From: Ramazzottius varieornatus
Lineage: Eukaryota > Animalia > Tardigrada
Reading direction: 5' to 3'
Assembly (NCBI GenBank): GCA_001949185.1
Contig: BDGG01000005.1
Span: forward strand, 2,829,972 to 2,893,971
DNA: 64,000 bases
The notes beneath the pieces were generated by a model. That model saw nothing but the letters and a program-made list of their open reading frames with translations, was not told the DNA's origin and searched no databases. A program made the translations under genes and the position numbers. Positions within the stretch are counted from its first letter, which is position 1. The number at the start of each line of letters is the position of its first letter. Positions 41,386-52,769 of the stretch are shown piece after piece.

Positions 41386-44300
41386 GACCCAAAAGTGGCG
41401 ACCAAGAGGCAGAATAACACTCACGAAAATATCGGATTACGTTTCAAATAACAGTATCAAAAAGACGGAAATGAGGAACAAAACGTCGACCGTTATTGCA
41501 TTTGTGCATCAGACACTGATGAAGCAATATCGCCATCGTGTGAGCGCCAAAAGATTTCTCATTTAAGGCTGGTCCTTCACTTCATTGTCTGTAAAAAATC
41601 TCCCTGCAGCTTTGTTGTTCTGTTGCAGACTGGCGCCCTTCACGGTATCAACATTAGGAGCGTGATAAGCCGGTCGAGTTGCATCGGTGGCCGTTACTGC
41701 GTAGTTATGTGAATTTACGTACAGAGACAACATTCCATCTTTGTAGAATATTATTCGGAAAATTTTCGGCTGCATATTGTATTTTTAGTTTTTAAAATGT
41801 ACGTCAGTCCAGATACAGAGTACAGATCCAGGGGCAATCCAGATACAGAATTCAGATACAGGGATCCACCGATCCAGTCCAGGCCCTGGTTTTAGCATAT
41901 GCCATGGGAAACAAACCGTACGTATATGTCTATAGTAAAACTTGAAGGTGTAAATTTAAGTTTGTAAGCAATACTGAAGACATCTTGAAGCTCTATAACG
42001 GAAGGACTGCATATTTATAAAAAGAAAAGCGGCAAGCAACATTTATACCGTACCATCGGTTCTGTCGACGTCGACCATGCAGGGGAATTGAAAACCTTGT
42101 TTGCCTCGAGTGGCGCTGAAGATGTGGCAGGGTCCTCGGAAATAGTTCTCTATGTTCCCCTCGAGCAGCGAACCAGTCAAAAAAAACCGGAGACTCAGCA
42201 ATGGTCGTTCCTTTGGCCAGCTTTTTCTTGAGATACAGCCTATGGGCTGCTCTTTTGAACGTGGCTCGCGCCGTCTCGTGTACCCTCCTTTCCCTGTCCC
42301 CCAGGGCTTCTGCAACACAAAAATCAAAGGCAGGTATGCAAATCACTGTGTAGTTTGTTGCTAAAGACTCAAGGGACTGCACCTCCTCGTAGAATTTTCT
42401 GTCGCAATGCTGCTCGCTTCTTTCGACGGTAGAGGTTAGCCTTAGCTTGCTTCGCGTCGCGCATGCAGAATGTGCGCAGATTCAAGATAAAGCTTGGACA
42501 TTTTGATGGTTTTTGGAAGTCCTCCTCATGTCATAGGTATAACTCGCATCCACACATCCCGCTGCCCGACTGGACATGCAGCAGAAAGTTGGAGCAGAGA
42601 TTAGAGGAGGTAGAGGAACCGCTGTATATACCGTAGAGGCGCAAAACATGGAAGCGGTAGAGGCACTTACCACCACGGCGAACAATACCATTGGCCGACA
42701 CGCACAGAGGCCACGCCCCAGTAGAGTCGGGTACATTACGGTTACTCGACTGTTAAATTGATAAGGTTCCGGTTATACAGCGTCGAAGCACGATGATATG
42801 GAACCGTGCAAACTCAACATCACCCTGCAAAGCTAACGCTCACCAGTAATCCGAGCGTTCACATGTGACGAGGAGAAAGCAACAGGTGGAAGGAAGCTAA
42901 GAAGCTTCGTCGAGCACGGGATGTCAAGCTGCTTACGCAGTAACTTGGTGAACTCATTCAGAAGAGCTTTATTTCTCACGTGTCTTGCTCAACCGTAAGT
43001 CATGTTCGTCTGCCCAAGTGGTTCGATACTTACCTACGGTAGCACCTCTGCAGTGGGCCGTATTTAGGTGCTGGCCAGACCTACATCACAAGCGCAGGCG
43101 CAGCATGTACCTGCATACATAGATAATGGGCAACGACTCGACCTGTTAAGTAAGACCGAACTGTTGGTTTTGTCCCAACAGCTAAAGGTCATCCAAAGTC
43201 ATCCATTTGACCTCGACCTTTGATGGTCACTAGTCTGGCAATGACTGTATCAATGGAAGACTGGCGTCACGCACGTACGCATTCCTCTACCCCATCTAGC
43301 CTCTCTGGTTACAGGAGTAGCCCCGCTGTACGAGCGTGAGCTGGTGATGCAGTCCAGACTCCGGGACGCAGCACCCAGACATTCTTGCGCAGTTGAAGTT
43401 TCGGTTAGTAAGCTTTCGTCAACCAACCTCGTACTAAAAAGTGCTGCAAAAACTCTTAAACATTGGCGGTCGAGTCCGATGGAAGAAAAGGAAGTTCTCA
43501 GAGGATACCCAAGGGGACTCTGAATCGCAAACTCATCAGGAAGCTCGATCTCCAGACAGCAGGATCCGTTTTTCAGGATGATTCCCGATTTTTTTTCTGG
43601 TTTTTCCAATTTGTTTAGTTTTTGCTGAATCATGACTTTATGTCTGATCAATCAAATTCGTACGAATCAACGAAAGCAGTTAGTTGATTAACAAAGAATT
43701 AATTACTCTCAGGACCCTGCCGGTCGGACAAATGGTACGACCGACAGGGTATGACGTAACTCGTGCTGCCTGCTGCGCGATCGGCAGCGACGCGGCTGGG
43801 TAACTAGGTAGAAAGGTGGATGATCGTGCGATGGTAAAATCGCCAGGGTGGGTGGGTAGGTTGGTTGACCACTAGTGGTGGACCATTGATCTTGGTAGTT
43901 TGACCACTAGTGGCTAGCCGTTGGTCTTGCTGTCTTGACCATTTGTGGTTGACCATTGGTCTTTGTAGGTTGAGCACTAGGGACCGGCCATTGGTTTTTC
44001 TATGTCTGACCACCGATACTAGCCATTGGCATTGATAGGTAGACCGCCCAATCGCAGCTGGTTCATTCGCCCGTCCTTTCTGTCTATTGTTCAATGGGCG
44101 TGGTAACCGGTCTGGGCTTTTTATAACGTCAGATGTCAATGAACCTTGGTTTCTGTCCTTTGATCTTTCCGCCACAGGCTCAGGCTTGCCATAGTTTCCC
44201 CAATTTAAGGGCACTAGAATGCCTGAACAGCTTTCTACGATGACTCCAGCGATCTATGATTCATTCTAAAGCTCCGGTGGAAGGCCAGCCTTTTGGGCGG

Positions 44301-44685
44301 AGCTCTCGCAGAAACAACAGAAAAAGTACTGCAGTGTTTCTAATGCAACGCATGAAGTTTGAGAAGTACAAAGTAGAAGGTATGTTCGCTAAAAAATAGT
44401 ACCATTGGTCGAGGGTTGCTGACGGTCTGATTTCTACTCAAGCGGTACCAACGGTGACGCTTGGTCTTACCATACGGCCCGCCATCGTAAAGCGCACCGG
44501 AAGTGGTTCGTATCGCAATCTCTCTAAACTCAGTGTCACTAGTTTGTTAATTACCGGTAGTACTGCCGTTCCAGTTTCCAGAGTCCAGACTTTCTCGCTC
44601 GGGGCATCGTTCCTTTTGCGCAAAGTTGTTCGGATGATCCCAGTACTGGAGCTCGATCTCATCGTATTAGCGCGTGTTGTATGAA

Positions 44686-47600
44686 ATGGCGAAAAGATCT
44701 TCAGGTTGTGTTATTCCAGGTTGTCCAACTCGATCGCTAAAGTACGATGGTCCGAAAGTCTCCGCGTTCGATTGTCCGAAGGGCGCTCGTGACACATGGC
44801 TCAAGATTATACCTCGTAACGGCACAGCCAGACTCAACAGGATCGTCGTCTGCGAGCGACATTTCGAGCCGGACTGCATACGGCGCGACAGTCATGATAT
44901 GGATGACGACGGCAACATCATCATGGTCCCACTCAAAGTCCCCAAATTGAAACCTGCTGCCCTGCCGACCATATTTCCCGACAATCCGGACTTTGTCCAA
45001 CCGAAACTACCAAAGCCACCAAAAGTTGTTAAACCCCCGAAACCCTTGAAAGGTAGAAAGGTTCGGCGGAAGTGTCTCACAACAGTCTGATAATATGCAT
45101 TTAATGTTGTCCAGATCCCGTGTTCTCCAGTTTTCCGTTTGCCCGAAGAAGAACCGGGAAGCCTGCCCCAATGATCACCGTACCCCGGGAACCAACACCT
45201 GAGCCTCCGGAAGGGGAGTTGGCTGTGGAGAGTCCGGTGGATAATGAGGCAGCTACGAAGGAACTCATATACCAGCGAGCATGTAAGGCATCCCCCTCCA
45301 GTCGCATATCGTCCTTACAGCTCTACCAGTTGCCGTACCATATTATAAAGAAGAATAGAGCCAATTTCTCAATGTCTCCGAAGGTTGCGAAAAGTGCGAC
45401 GCCCGTTTGGACGGACCATGCTTCGAACATGCACTTCCGGCTGACATCATCTACGATAAACCACCCGTTGCCCTGGCATATGGATCCCTCCCGGACACCT
45501 TAATTATCTCTGTGAAAGAATTAGACGCAGGTCAGAGGTACCCCTGTACAACAGAGTTTCAAATGGCCATGCGTTATATAACTGTTACTGCAGCGGATGG
45601 ACTTCCAGCTGTCACAGCCGTGGAATTTGTCAGCGCCAAAGAGACGATCCGACCTGGCATGCTGTTCGGTCCGTTGATCGCTCCTCTGGTTCCACTGGAA
45701 GACGTCGAAGAACCTCCGCGGTATGTCCTATGGTCGGAAGACAGAGAAGAGTTTCAAGCCTACGACCTTCGGGACAATTTCGTCTGTAACTGGACCAAGT
45801 TCATTCGGCCCACTTCCGACTTTGCCCAAGTCAACGTCGTCGCCTACCAGCAGAAGGACCACATATACTTCTTCACCGTCAAAGAAATGCCTGTCGACAC
45901 GGAACTGCGCGTCTTTGTCAAAGTCGCCAGTAACTGCAAGGTCTTGGAGGACTGGGTCTCTCCGCTGCTAGGTAGGACTGTTCAACCACCAGACATACCG
46001 TCGAACCCGATTGCTGGCAGCGAAGCGGAGGTCGTTTTCTCGGACTTATTTGACCATGTTGCTCTCCGTTTCAGATCACTTGTTGGCCCACCACGAACAG
46101 TTCGAGACAGGTATGGACGGACGCACCTCTGACGAACTGGAACAGTTCGAGGACGGGGATGAATTGACCGACACTGACAAGGATGACGTGAGCGAAGGTG
46201 ACTTTGAACAACTGGAGGAGTATGAGGCAGAAGGTGAGGGTGGAGTGATCGCGAATGATGTCCTTGTTCGGTTCGTTTTGGTACTATGCTCGCTCTGACC
46301 AGGGATGGAAAAGATCGCCAGACTGGAAATGTTGGAAGCACGAAAACGGAAGAGTCAAATGCTGGTACGGAACCGCGAACTGCGAAAAGCTCGACAGCTG
46401 GAGCGGAACAAAAGTGGCGACAACCCCAGCGACAACTTCCCGTTAGCTGGGGACTACCAGGAAACAGACGATGAGGGGGAAAGTGAGGATGGGATGGACA
46501 GCCTAAACCAGGACGAGGACATGGATGATTTTGGTATGGAAGGTGGGAGGTGAGCGAACAAGTTCGGGATTATTGTCATCTCAAGTGGAGGACGTTTCCA
46601 GTTGAAAAACATGAGAAGCTGCGCCACTTGAGGTTGTGATCGTCTCGAGCTTGTTTGCCGGCATCCCCAATTATCATGGTTTATCTTGCGTCAGATTACG
46701 TTGTTTTTCAAAACTTGTCAGAGTTGTCGGACGAGGAGGATGAAGAAGACTACCAGCACAGACCAAAGGCCCGCCGTGATTTCGGCCACATGACCCGGAA
46801 GCAACGAGCCGCTGCACGTAGAAGAATGGAAAGAGCGCGATACTGGAACGGAGGTGAAGATGTTGAGTCGCCCGAACTTAGGATTGATCCTTCTGGAATG
46901 TGAGCAGTCTAGTGGTGTTTAACAGTTTTGGTTTTGCACAGATATGACTGCCGAAGAAAAAGCGGCTTTCGATGCCAAGGAAGATCGGCGTAGCGACAGA
47001 CAGGCTCTTCGAAGGGGAAAACTTGATCGAACGGTACTGTACAGACTAGCTACGGTACATGTTCGATAATCAGGCCTTTTCACATTGTACGCCCATCTTT
47101 TAGAAAAAGATAAGACATGAGAGAAGACGAACCGGAGGTGACGGTAAGATGATTGCAGTATTGGGCCGGAAAACTTTTGATTATGTCTTCTGACGAGTAA
47201 CGTTGTCATAGCAGAGAAAATGGAAGAAGTTCGTGCAGAGAAGCGAGTGGTAGTTAGTCGGAGCAAGTTTTCTGATATGACGAAGGAGGAGAAGGAAGCT
47301 CATCGAAAAGAAGTGGCGCGGAGATACAATGCGAAATTACGGGAAAAAGTGTTGGCAGAAGGAGAACGATACAAGAATGGCCGTAAGTCGTTGCGAAATC
47401 TCACACAGCGAGTTCGATCAATTTTGTGACTGAGTCTTTGTAGATATGACTCCGGAGGAAAGAGCGGCCTTTGAGGAGAAGCAGAAAGCGGTGGAGGAGA
47501 AGGGAAAGAAACAGTACGCGAAGACAACGGAAGAAGACTTACGCGCCAAACGAGAAGCTCACCGACTGCGAAGGCAACGCTTCTGTGATGGCGGTAATGC

Positions 47601-47964
47601 TTTAGCTTCTCGTAAAGCCTTAGCTAATTGCAATTTCGTTCGGCTCATTTGTGAGTTTGTTGGGTATTTGTTTTGTTTTCAGAAATGACGCCAGAAGAAA
47701 GTGCGGCATATTGGCGAAGGCGGATACGGCACAACCATATGTCCAAACTGAGACGAGCAAGAATCAAGGCTGCGAAGTTGGGTCAGTTCATTTTTGCGAT
47801 GCTCGACTTAAGTTTTCCGGATACGGAACTTTATACGGCAAATATTCTCATAATAGTACGGAATTCTGATGCTCTTTGCAGGTTTGAAGCCGGCCGGTGA
47901 CCATGGAACTTCCCAAAGCAGTATTCGACAGAGTGGTTTGCGGAATCTCGAGGCGGGATCTTAA
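44686..47964 (+). CDS. THAP - PR zinc knuckle - PR/SET - acidic - charged helical repeat protein (paralogue D, apparently intact, ~12 exons)
   Basis: CVIPGC...W...VCERHF...KLKPAALPTIFP THAP; CEKCDARLDGPCFEH knuckle; GMLFGPL...NWTKFIRP...NVVAYQQKDHIYFFTVKEMPVDTELRVF PR/SET; manually chosen GT-AG junctions are phase-compatible to TAA at 47962-47964. Confidence 0.8.
46554..46660. repeat. Palindromic intronic repeat copy
   Basis: CTCAAGTGGAGGAC...GCGCCACTTGAG...CTCGAGCTTGTTTGCCG in intron 46543-46721. Confidence 0.75.
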
Positions 47965-48483
47965 AGCCAGGTGACGTTTTTCGCGTATGGCTAGAAAACG
48001 GGATTCTTCCAGAATCTTCCTCGAAGTATGGGGGGAGGCCTCCGGGTGTCTTTCATCGAATATTTTCCTCGTACATTACTGTATGCAACTATCATTCTTT
48101 TGACCAGTACTGGTCACCACCCGAATAGTTCTTTGCATTCTCCTTTCCCGTTTTATGTTACGTGGATCGAGAGTACTCCGGATATCGTTGTAAGACTGGC
48201 CAACCGGGGTCAACCTGATGCCAAACTTGATTTGCCTGTGGCCACACTACTCCTTCTCTAACGTTACTTTAGCAGGCGCAATAAAACAGTCAAATTTAGC
48301 ATCGGGTTGGCAAGCATTTCCGGCGTTGTAATTACAACGGAGTCAGTCAGAAGCGTTAGGTAGCATGGTGGCCACCCAATTATTCAAAGTTGTGATTAGC
48401 TGCTGTGCTTACGAGTGATGTTGCAGCTCATTTTAGCTACAGTCGGACTTCCATCCCGCGATGGCAGCTTAACACTCATAATA

Positions 48484-49262
48484 CCGGGGGTACAACTCGG
48501 TTTTGCAGCGCACGGTTATCTGACCGCAAATCACTTCCTGTGCAGCTTTGGCGGTTCGGTATTTGTTGTTTGCCTGTGGTGGCAAGTTCTCTATGACATG
48601 TAGCTGGTGACCGCTGGCTAAACACTACGTACGGAATTGGAAATATTTTACAAGGTTCAAGGGCAAACTGCTCCCAACACATGTTCCAGGTCCTCCTTCA
48701 CGCGCCAAGCTTTTCAACAGCTGGAAACCAATTCAGAACAACTCAATCACTTCTTTACAACATCATATCTCCAGCGTCCAACTAGCGGTTGTCCAGTGGT
48801 CAGACAAAAAATCGCAAGTTGCTCGTGGTATTTCGACATATGGCGCAGCCCATGACGTCACGAACGATACCACCACTGGTGGCGCCGCCAAGGTGGCAAG
48901 AAGTAAATTCAATCTTTCAGATTTCTATTTTACGCATTGACTTTTTACGCATTGCCCTGTCCCACAAAGACTGAGCGAAGAACAATGATGGTTTGTGGCT
49001 CATGTAACGTTCATGTTTGTGCACCGCACAGATTAACGAAGCAGAGTGTTGTTTGTTTAAATTGCAGCAAGAAGAAATCGAAATAAGTGTAGCGAAAATA
49101 AAATGAAATACATTGGCTTACCCCGGTCATGTGGCGGAACATTACGTTGGTTTTGCGCAGTAACATTCGCAACTTCATGGGGAAGCATCGTGATTGGTCT
49201 GTACACGCCTCTGTTTTGCTTCCAACCAGTTAGAAGGCTGCGGAACTCAGTTGTACCCCCGG
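48484..49262. mobile_element. Tc1/mariner-type non-autonomous element
   Basis: TIR CCGGGGGTACAACT flanked by TA on both sides. Confidence 0.7.
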
Positions 49263-49292
49263 TACTCTGCCAGCATGAAATTGCCCGGTAGT

Positions 49293-49404
49293 GTATACTC
49301 TCCCGAAATTCACGTACGTCACTCCATTCAGAGTATAAAACTAGAGAAAGAGTTCTCATACGGTGACTATAACAGTGACGTACGTGAATTTCGGGAGAGC
49401 ATAC
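49293..49404. repeat. Small hairpin MITE
   Basis: CTCTCCCGAAATTCACGTACGTCACT / AGTGACGTACGTGAATTTCGGGAGAG perfect 26-bp inverted repeat. Confidence 0.75.
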
Positions 49405-49428
49405 AGTATTACAAGTGTAAATCTCTGT

Positions 49429-49864
49429 TAGAGCATGGAATCTGGTCGCATGTGCTGTACTGAACTGCAGCTGTGCTGTGCTGCAGCACAGCTGCAGCGC
49501 TTCAACCGAAGAAATTTGTGCGGCACAGCACAGCATACAGCAGAGAGCCATAGACTACCGCGCAGATGCACCTACCGAAACCTTCCAAAAATTACAGTTT
49601 TTTGGCATTCGAACGTCAGCCGCCCCAGCTTTGCTGTACTTTAAGGCAACGTTCTCCAGGTTGACTACCGATTTCGTTGACTGAATTACAAACCACGTCA
49701 ATACATCGGCGTTCCATGCAGTTGCATCAGGTCAACGTGCATCTGCAGCACAGCTGCTTAGCCACTGGGCATGAAAGTTGTGCAGCACAGCGCAGCGTAC
49801 TACGCCCTGGTAATGTGCGCAGCTCAGTTACAGCGTACTTTTGGAACTGCGGCCCAGTGCTCTA
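49429..49864. mobile_element. hAT-type MITE (436 bp)
   Basis: Ends TAGAGCA...TGCTCTA; perfect 8-bp TSD ATCTCTGT (49421-49428, 49865-49872); GCAGC/GCACA subterminal repeats. Confidence 0.8.
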
Positions 49865-50054
49865 ATCTCTGTACTGTTACGCTAAATGGACACTGCTCGT
49901 ACGATTTTGACTTTCGAGCCTGCTGGCATACAGAACAAACACCCATCAAGTGTTGCTTTGATAGCTGCGGAACCTCGTTCCCACCTGCTAATCTAAGCCC
50001 GCTTCTGCAGTCGGACTGGTCGATCACGTAACCGGTTCGAACAACTTAACAAGG

Positions 50055-51397
50055 ATGGCGGGTCTGATTCCGGAGGATATCGTAACGAGCTTTGACGCGG
50101 AGCCATCCTGCAGCTCGGCTGAAGAGGCCAGCGACCAAGACAGTGAGCACACAGAAAAATCTGCACGGAAGACGAGGAGAGCAGTGCCACGGATTCGGAG
50201 CGCGGGCGTGTTGGACGAAGCAGGGTGGCTGGAAGGAGTCGTCGGACCAGGTACGAGACGTAAGACCATTGCTCTAGTCAATATTTATAGTGACTTTCGA
50301 TGTTCGTTAACCTTGCTTGATATGCCTTCTTCCTCTCACAGATCGGCTCGCCGGACAAGAGTTGCTCCTGACGCCATCAAGAAGGACTCCGTCATGAAGG
50401 ATGGGATGAGTATGAATGCGGCTTCAAAGTTCCCTGGAGTTGGTGGTGCAGAAACTCTGCGCCGACACCTGATCAAAGCCGGTTTTCAACCAGCGATTCA
50501 TCACCGGAAATCTACGAAGGAGCAAATTGATGCAGCCGTGAAAGATATTGTGGAGCGCCACATGTCCAGAAACAAAGCTTGTAAGGTGCATTAGCTGTCA
50601 TGGCACACGGTGTGCAAAGCGATCAAGGATCGGAACCTGTAAGTTCAGATTTTTCATTCCGCGTCAAATGTTTGCTAGTCGTCGGAATCGGTATACATAA
50701 TTGTCTTCCTGGATAATCGTTTACGGTTGTTGGTTCGTAATTTAGTGTATGCGGAAAGCGAGAGAATCCCATCTACGAGAAAGCTGTGGCCGAAGTCACG
50801 CAGAACGGCGCCTCTTGCAGATCCACCGGCAAACGATTCAACATCCACCCAATGACAATCAAAGCGGGCTATTCGCTGCCGGCCTTGAGGAATAGGGTTG
50901 GAGATGGCGGAAGGACGCAGATTAAGATGGCTGCACAAGCGGTTCTCGACCGGCACATACCTGTCAGACAAGCTGCCATGGAGTTTGGAGCAGACTACAC
51001 GACAGTTCGCCTGGAGCTGACGCTCCGCGGGTTCGAGTACAGCAAGACCAAACCAAGCAAGTGGGTCAAGAAAACCTCCAAGCCGTTTGCTGTAGTAAAT
51101 TCTTCTAACGTAAAACCCAATCAGTCTGCTCAAAAGAGAACTGCGCAATCAGAGTCCGGGGAAACCGATATGGAGGAAGAAGAAATAGATCTACCCGAAC
51201 CGATAGCGCAAGAGGAAGTGACCACTAAAGGACCCAACGAAGGGCTGGGACCGAGGGACTCGCCGGAAATCGAGAGGATCGTGGATGTACGACAGCAACG
51301 ACAGTACCTAGTTCGATGGCAAGGCCAGACAGAAGAGCAGGCGACCTGGGTGGACGAGGATGTCCTCCTGGGACTGGGCGCTTTGAACATCAAGTAG
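50055..51397 (+). pseudogene. Multi-pipsqueak HTH + C-terminal chromodomain protein (in-frame stop at 50592)
   Basis: About four psq-like repeats (VMKDGMSMNAASKF, EQIDAAVKDIVERHMSRNKACKVH, AVAEVTQNGASCRSTGKRFNI, AAQAVLDRHIPVRQAAMEFGADYTTV) then EIERIVDVRQQRQYLVRWQGQTEEQATWV. Confidence 0.7.
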
Positions 51398-52580
51398 AGT
51401 TCTTTGTCGCTTTGCTCTCTTAAAACTCACCAGATGTCACAGGCAAGACATGTACTGGATTGAAACAACTCGAGACTTCTTTATTTTCTTTGAAAAACAC
51501 TGAACTGCAAAGTACCGGGCAACGATATGATCCCAAGAGGCCTTAAGGTTCATTGGCTGGTTTAGGGCATTTGGTCGCTCCGTGATCGGTGGCGCCACAT
51601 CGTTTGCACTTGTGGAAGAACTTGCAGGGGTTCTTGTCGCAGCCTGCGGCGTTGAAGGCTTTGCAAATGTTGAGCTGATCGACGTTTTTGCCGGGCGGAC
51701 CGGTGGGCTTCGCTTTCTCCTCCTTCTCCTGCTTGGGTCCACAGTTCACAGCACCGTGGTCTTTAGCGCCACATTTCGAACAGACGTGGACATAGCGACA
51801 GGGATTGTTGGAGCACGAGCCACGCTGGTCGAAGATGGAACAGGGCGTGTGGGTCTGGCCCTTCTTGGGATCATCATCGGCGGCTTTGCTCAGAGGCATT
51901 GTGGGTATTACCTTAGGTTACACAGTGGGTTTTGCAAAACTATCTGGAAGGTAGTACAGGAAAAAACCTACAACTTAAGTACACGGGAAACCACAGCGGT
52001 CTACTTGAATTTTGTTTTGGCATGTTTTTGTTACTTGGATACTAAATTCATCAGCAGGAAAAGGAAAGAACCAACGGATAAAATTATCGTCTTCTCGCAA
52101 TGAGCAGAAAATCGAACACAGTTTTGGGTAAAGAATCTGGAGAAGCACCGTTTCCATGCCACCGTCGTACCAACAAAGTGGAGGCATCACAAGGAAGCAG
52201 CAAGATCACGAACCACTATGCAACAGTAATTTGAATATAACAGCAATTTTTTTCTCGGAAAGAGGAACAGTGGGAAGTATACTTGAAGAGAAAATCACAA
52301 ACGGTACACATATTGAAACCACTGATTGACACCACAAAGCTGCAGCTCGATCACTATCGGGTACGGTGGGTTTTCTATCTTAAATCCCTCCGGCCGGATT
52401 TTGAATTCGTTCACCGGCAGCAACATCCTCCCGAAGAAGGCACAATCGAGACTGTTCAGTTCACGACCATCGCTCGTCACGCTACTCTATATTCCACTTC
52501 TCCACAGTCTCTTCTCTTTCATCAGTTGTACACTAGGTTACACGGAAACAGAATCAAGCACTCTCTACTGATAATGGGAT

Positions 52581-52769
52581 CTCGGTAAACAAGCTCCACC
52601 AGATTCATTGCTCAAGTGGCGCACGTTCCCGAAGTCATTGGCTGGACGCCTGCACCACTTAACGAAACACGATCTGTCGAGTTCCCAAGTGGCGCACGCT
52701 TTCAGTAGTCCTACCCGAAAGTGTGCGCCACTTGAGAAAACGATTTGGAGAGTTTGTTTGTTTGCCGAA
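52581..52769. repeat. Palindromic intronic repeat, two-hairpin copy
   Basis: CTCGGTAAACAAGCTCC...CAAGTGGCGCAC (x2)...GTGCGCCACTTG...TTGTTTGCCGA. Confidence 0.85.

Larger units (their letters stand above)
36362..41903 (-). mobile_element. Mutator/MULE transposon (5542 bp) with chromodomain passenger gene
   Basis: ~98-bp near-perfect TIRs starting GGCATATGCTAAAACCAGGGCCTGG; perfect 9-bp TSD ATGGGAAAC (36353-36361, 41904-41912). Confidence 0.93.

Noticed and set aside
41993-42761. Host gene interrupted by the MULE
   Set aside because: Exon-like pieces flank the element but no coherent ORF or recognisable domain could be assembled
43712-44050. Helitron-like hairpin + CTAG and degenerate GACCA repeats
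   Set aside because: No identifiable 5' end, TIR pair or TSD; probably an old repeat but cannot be delimited
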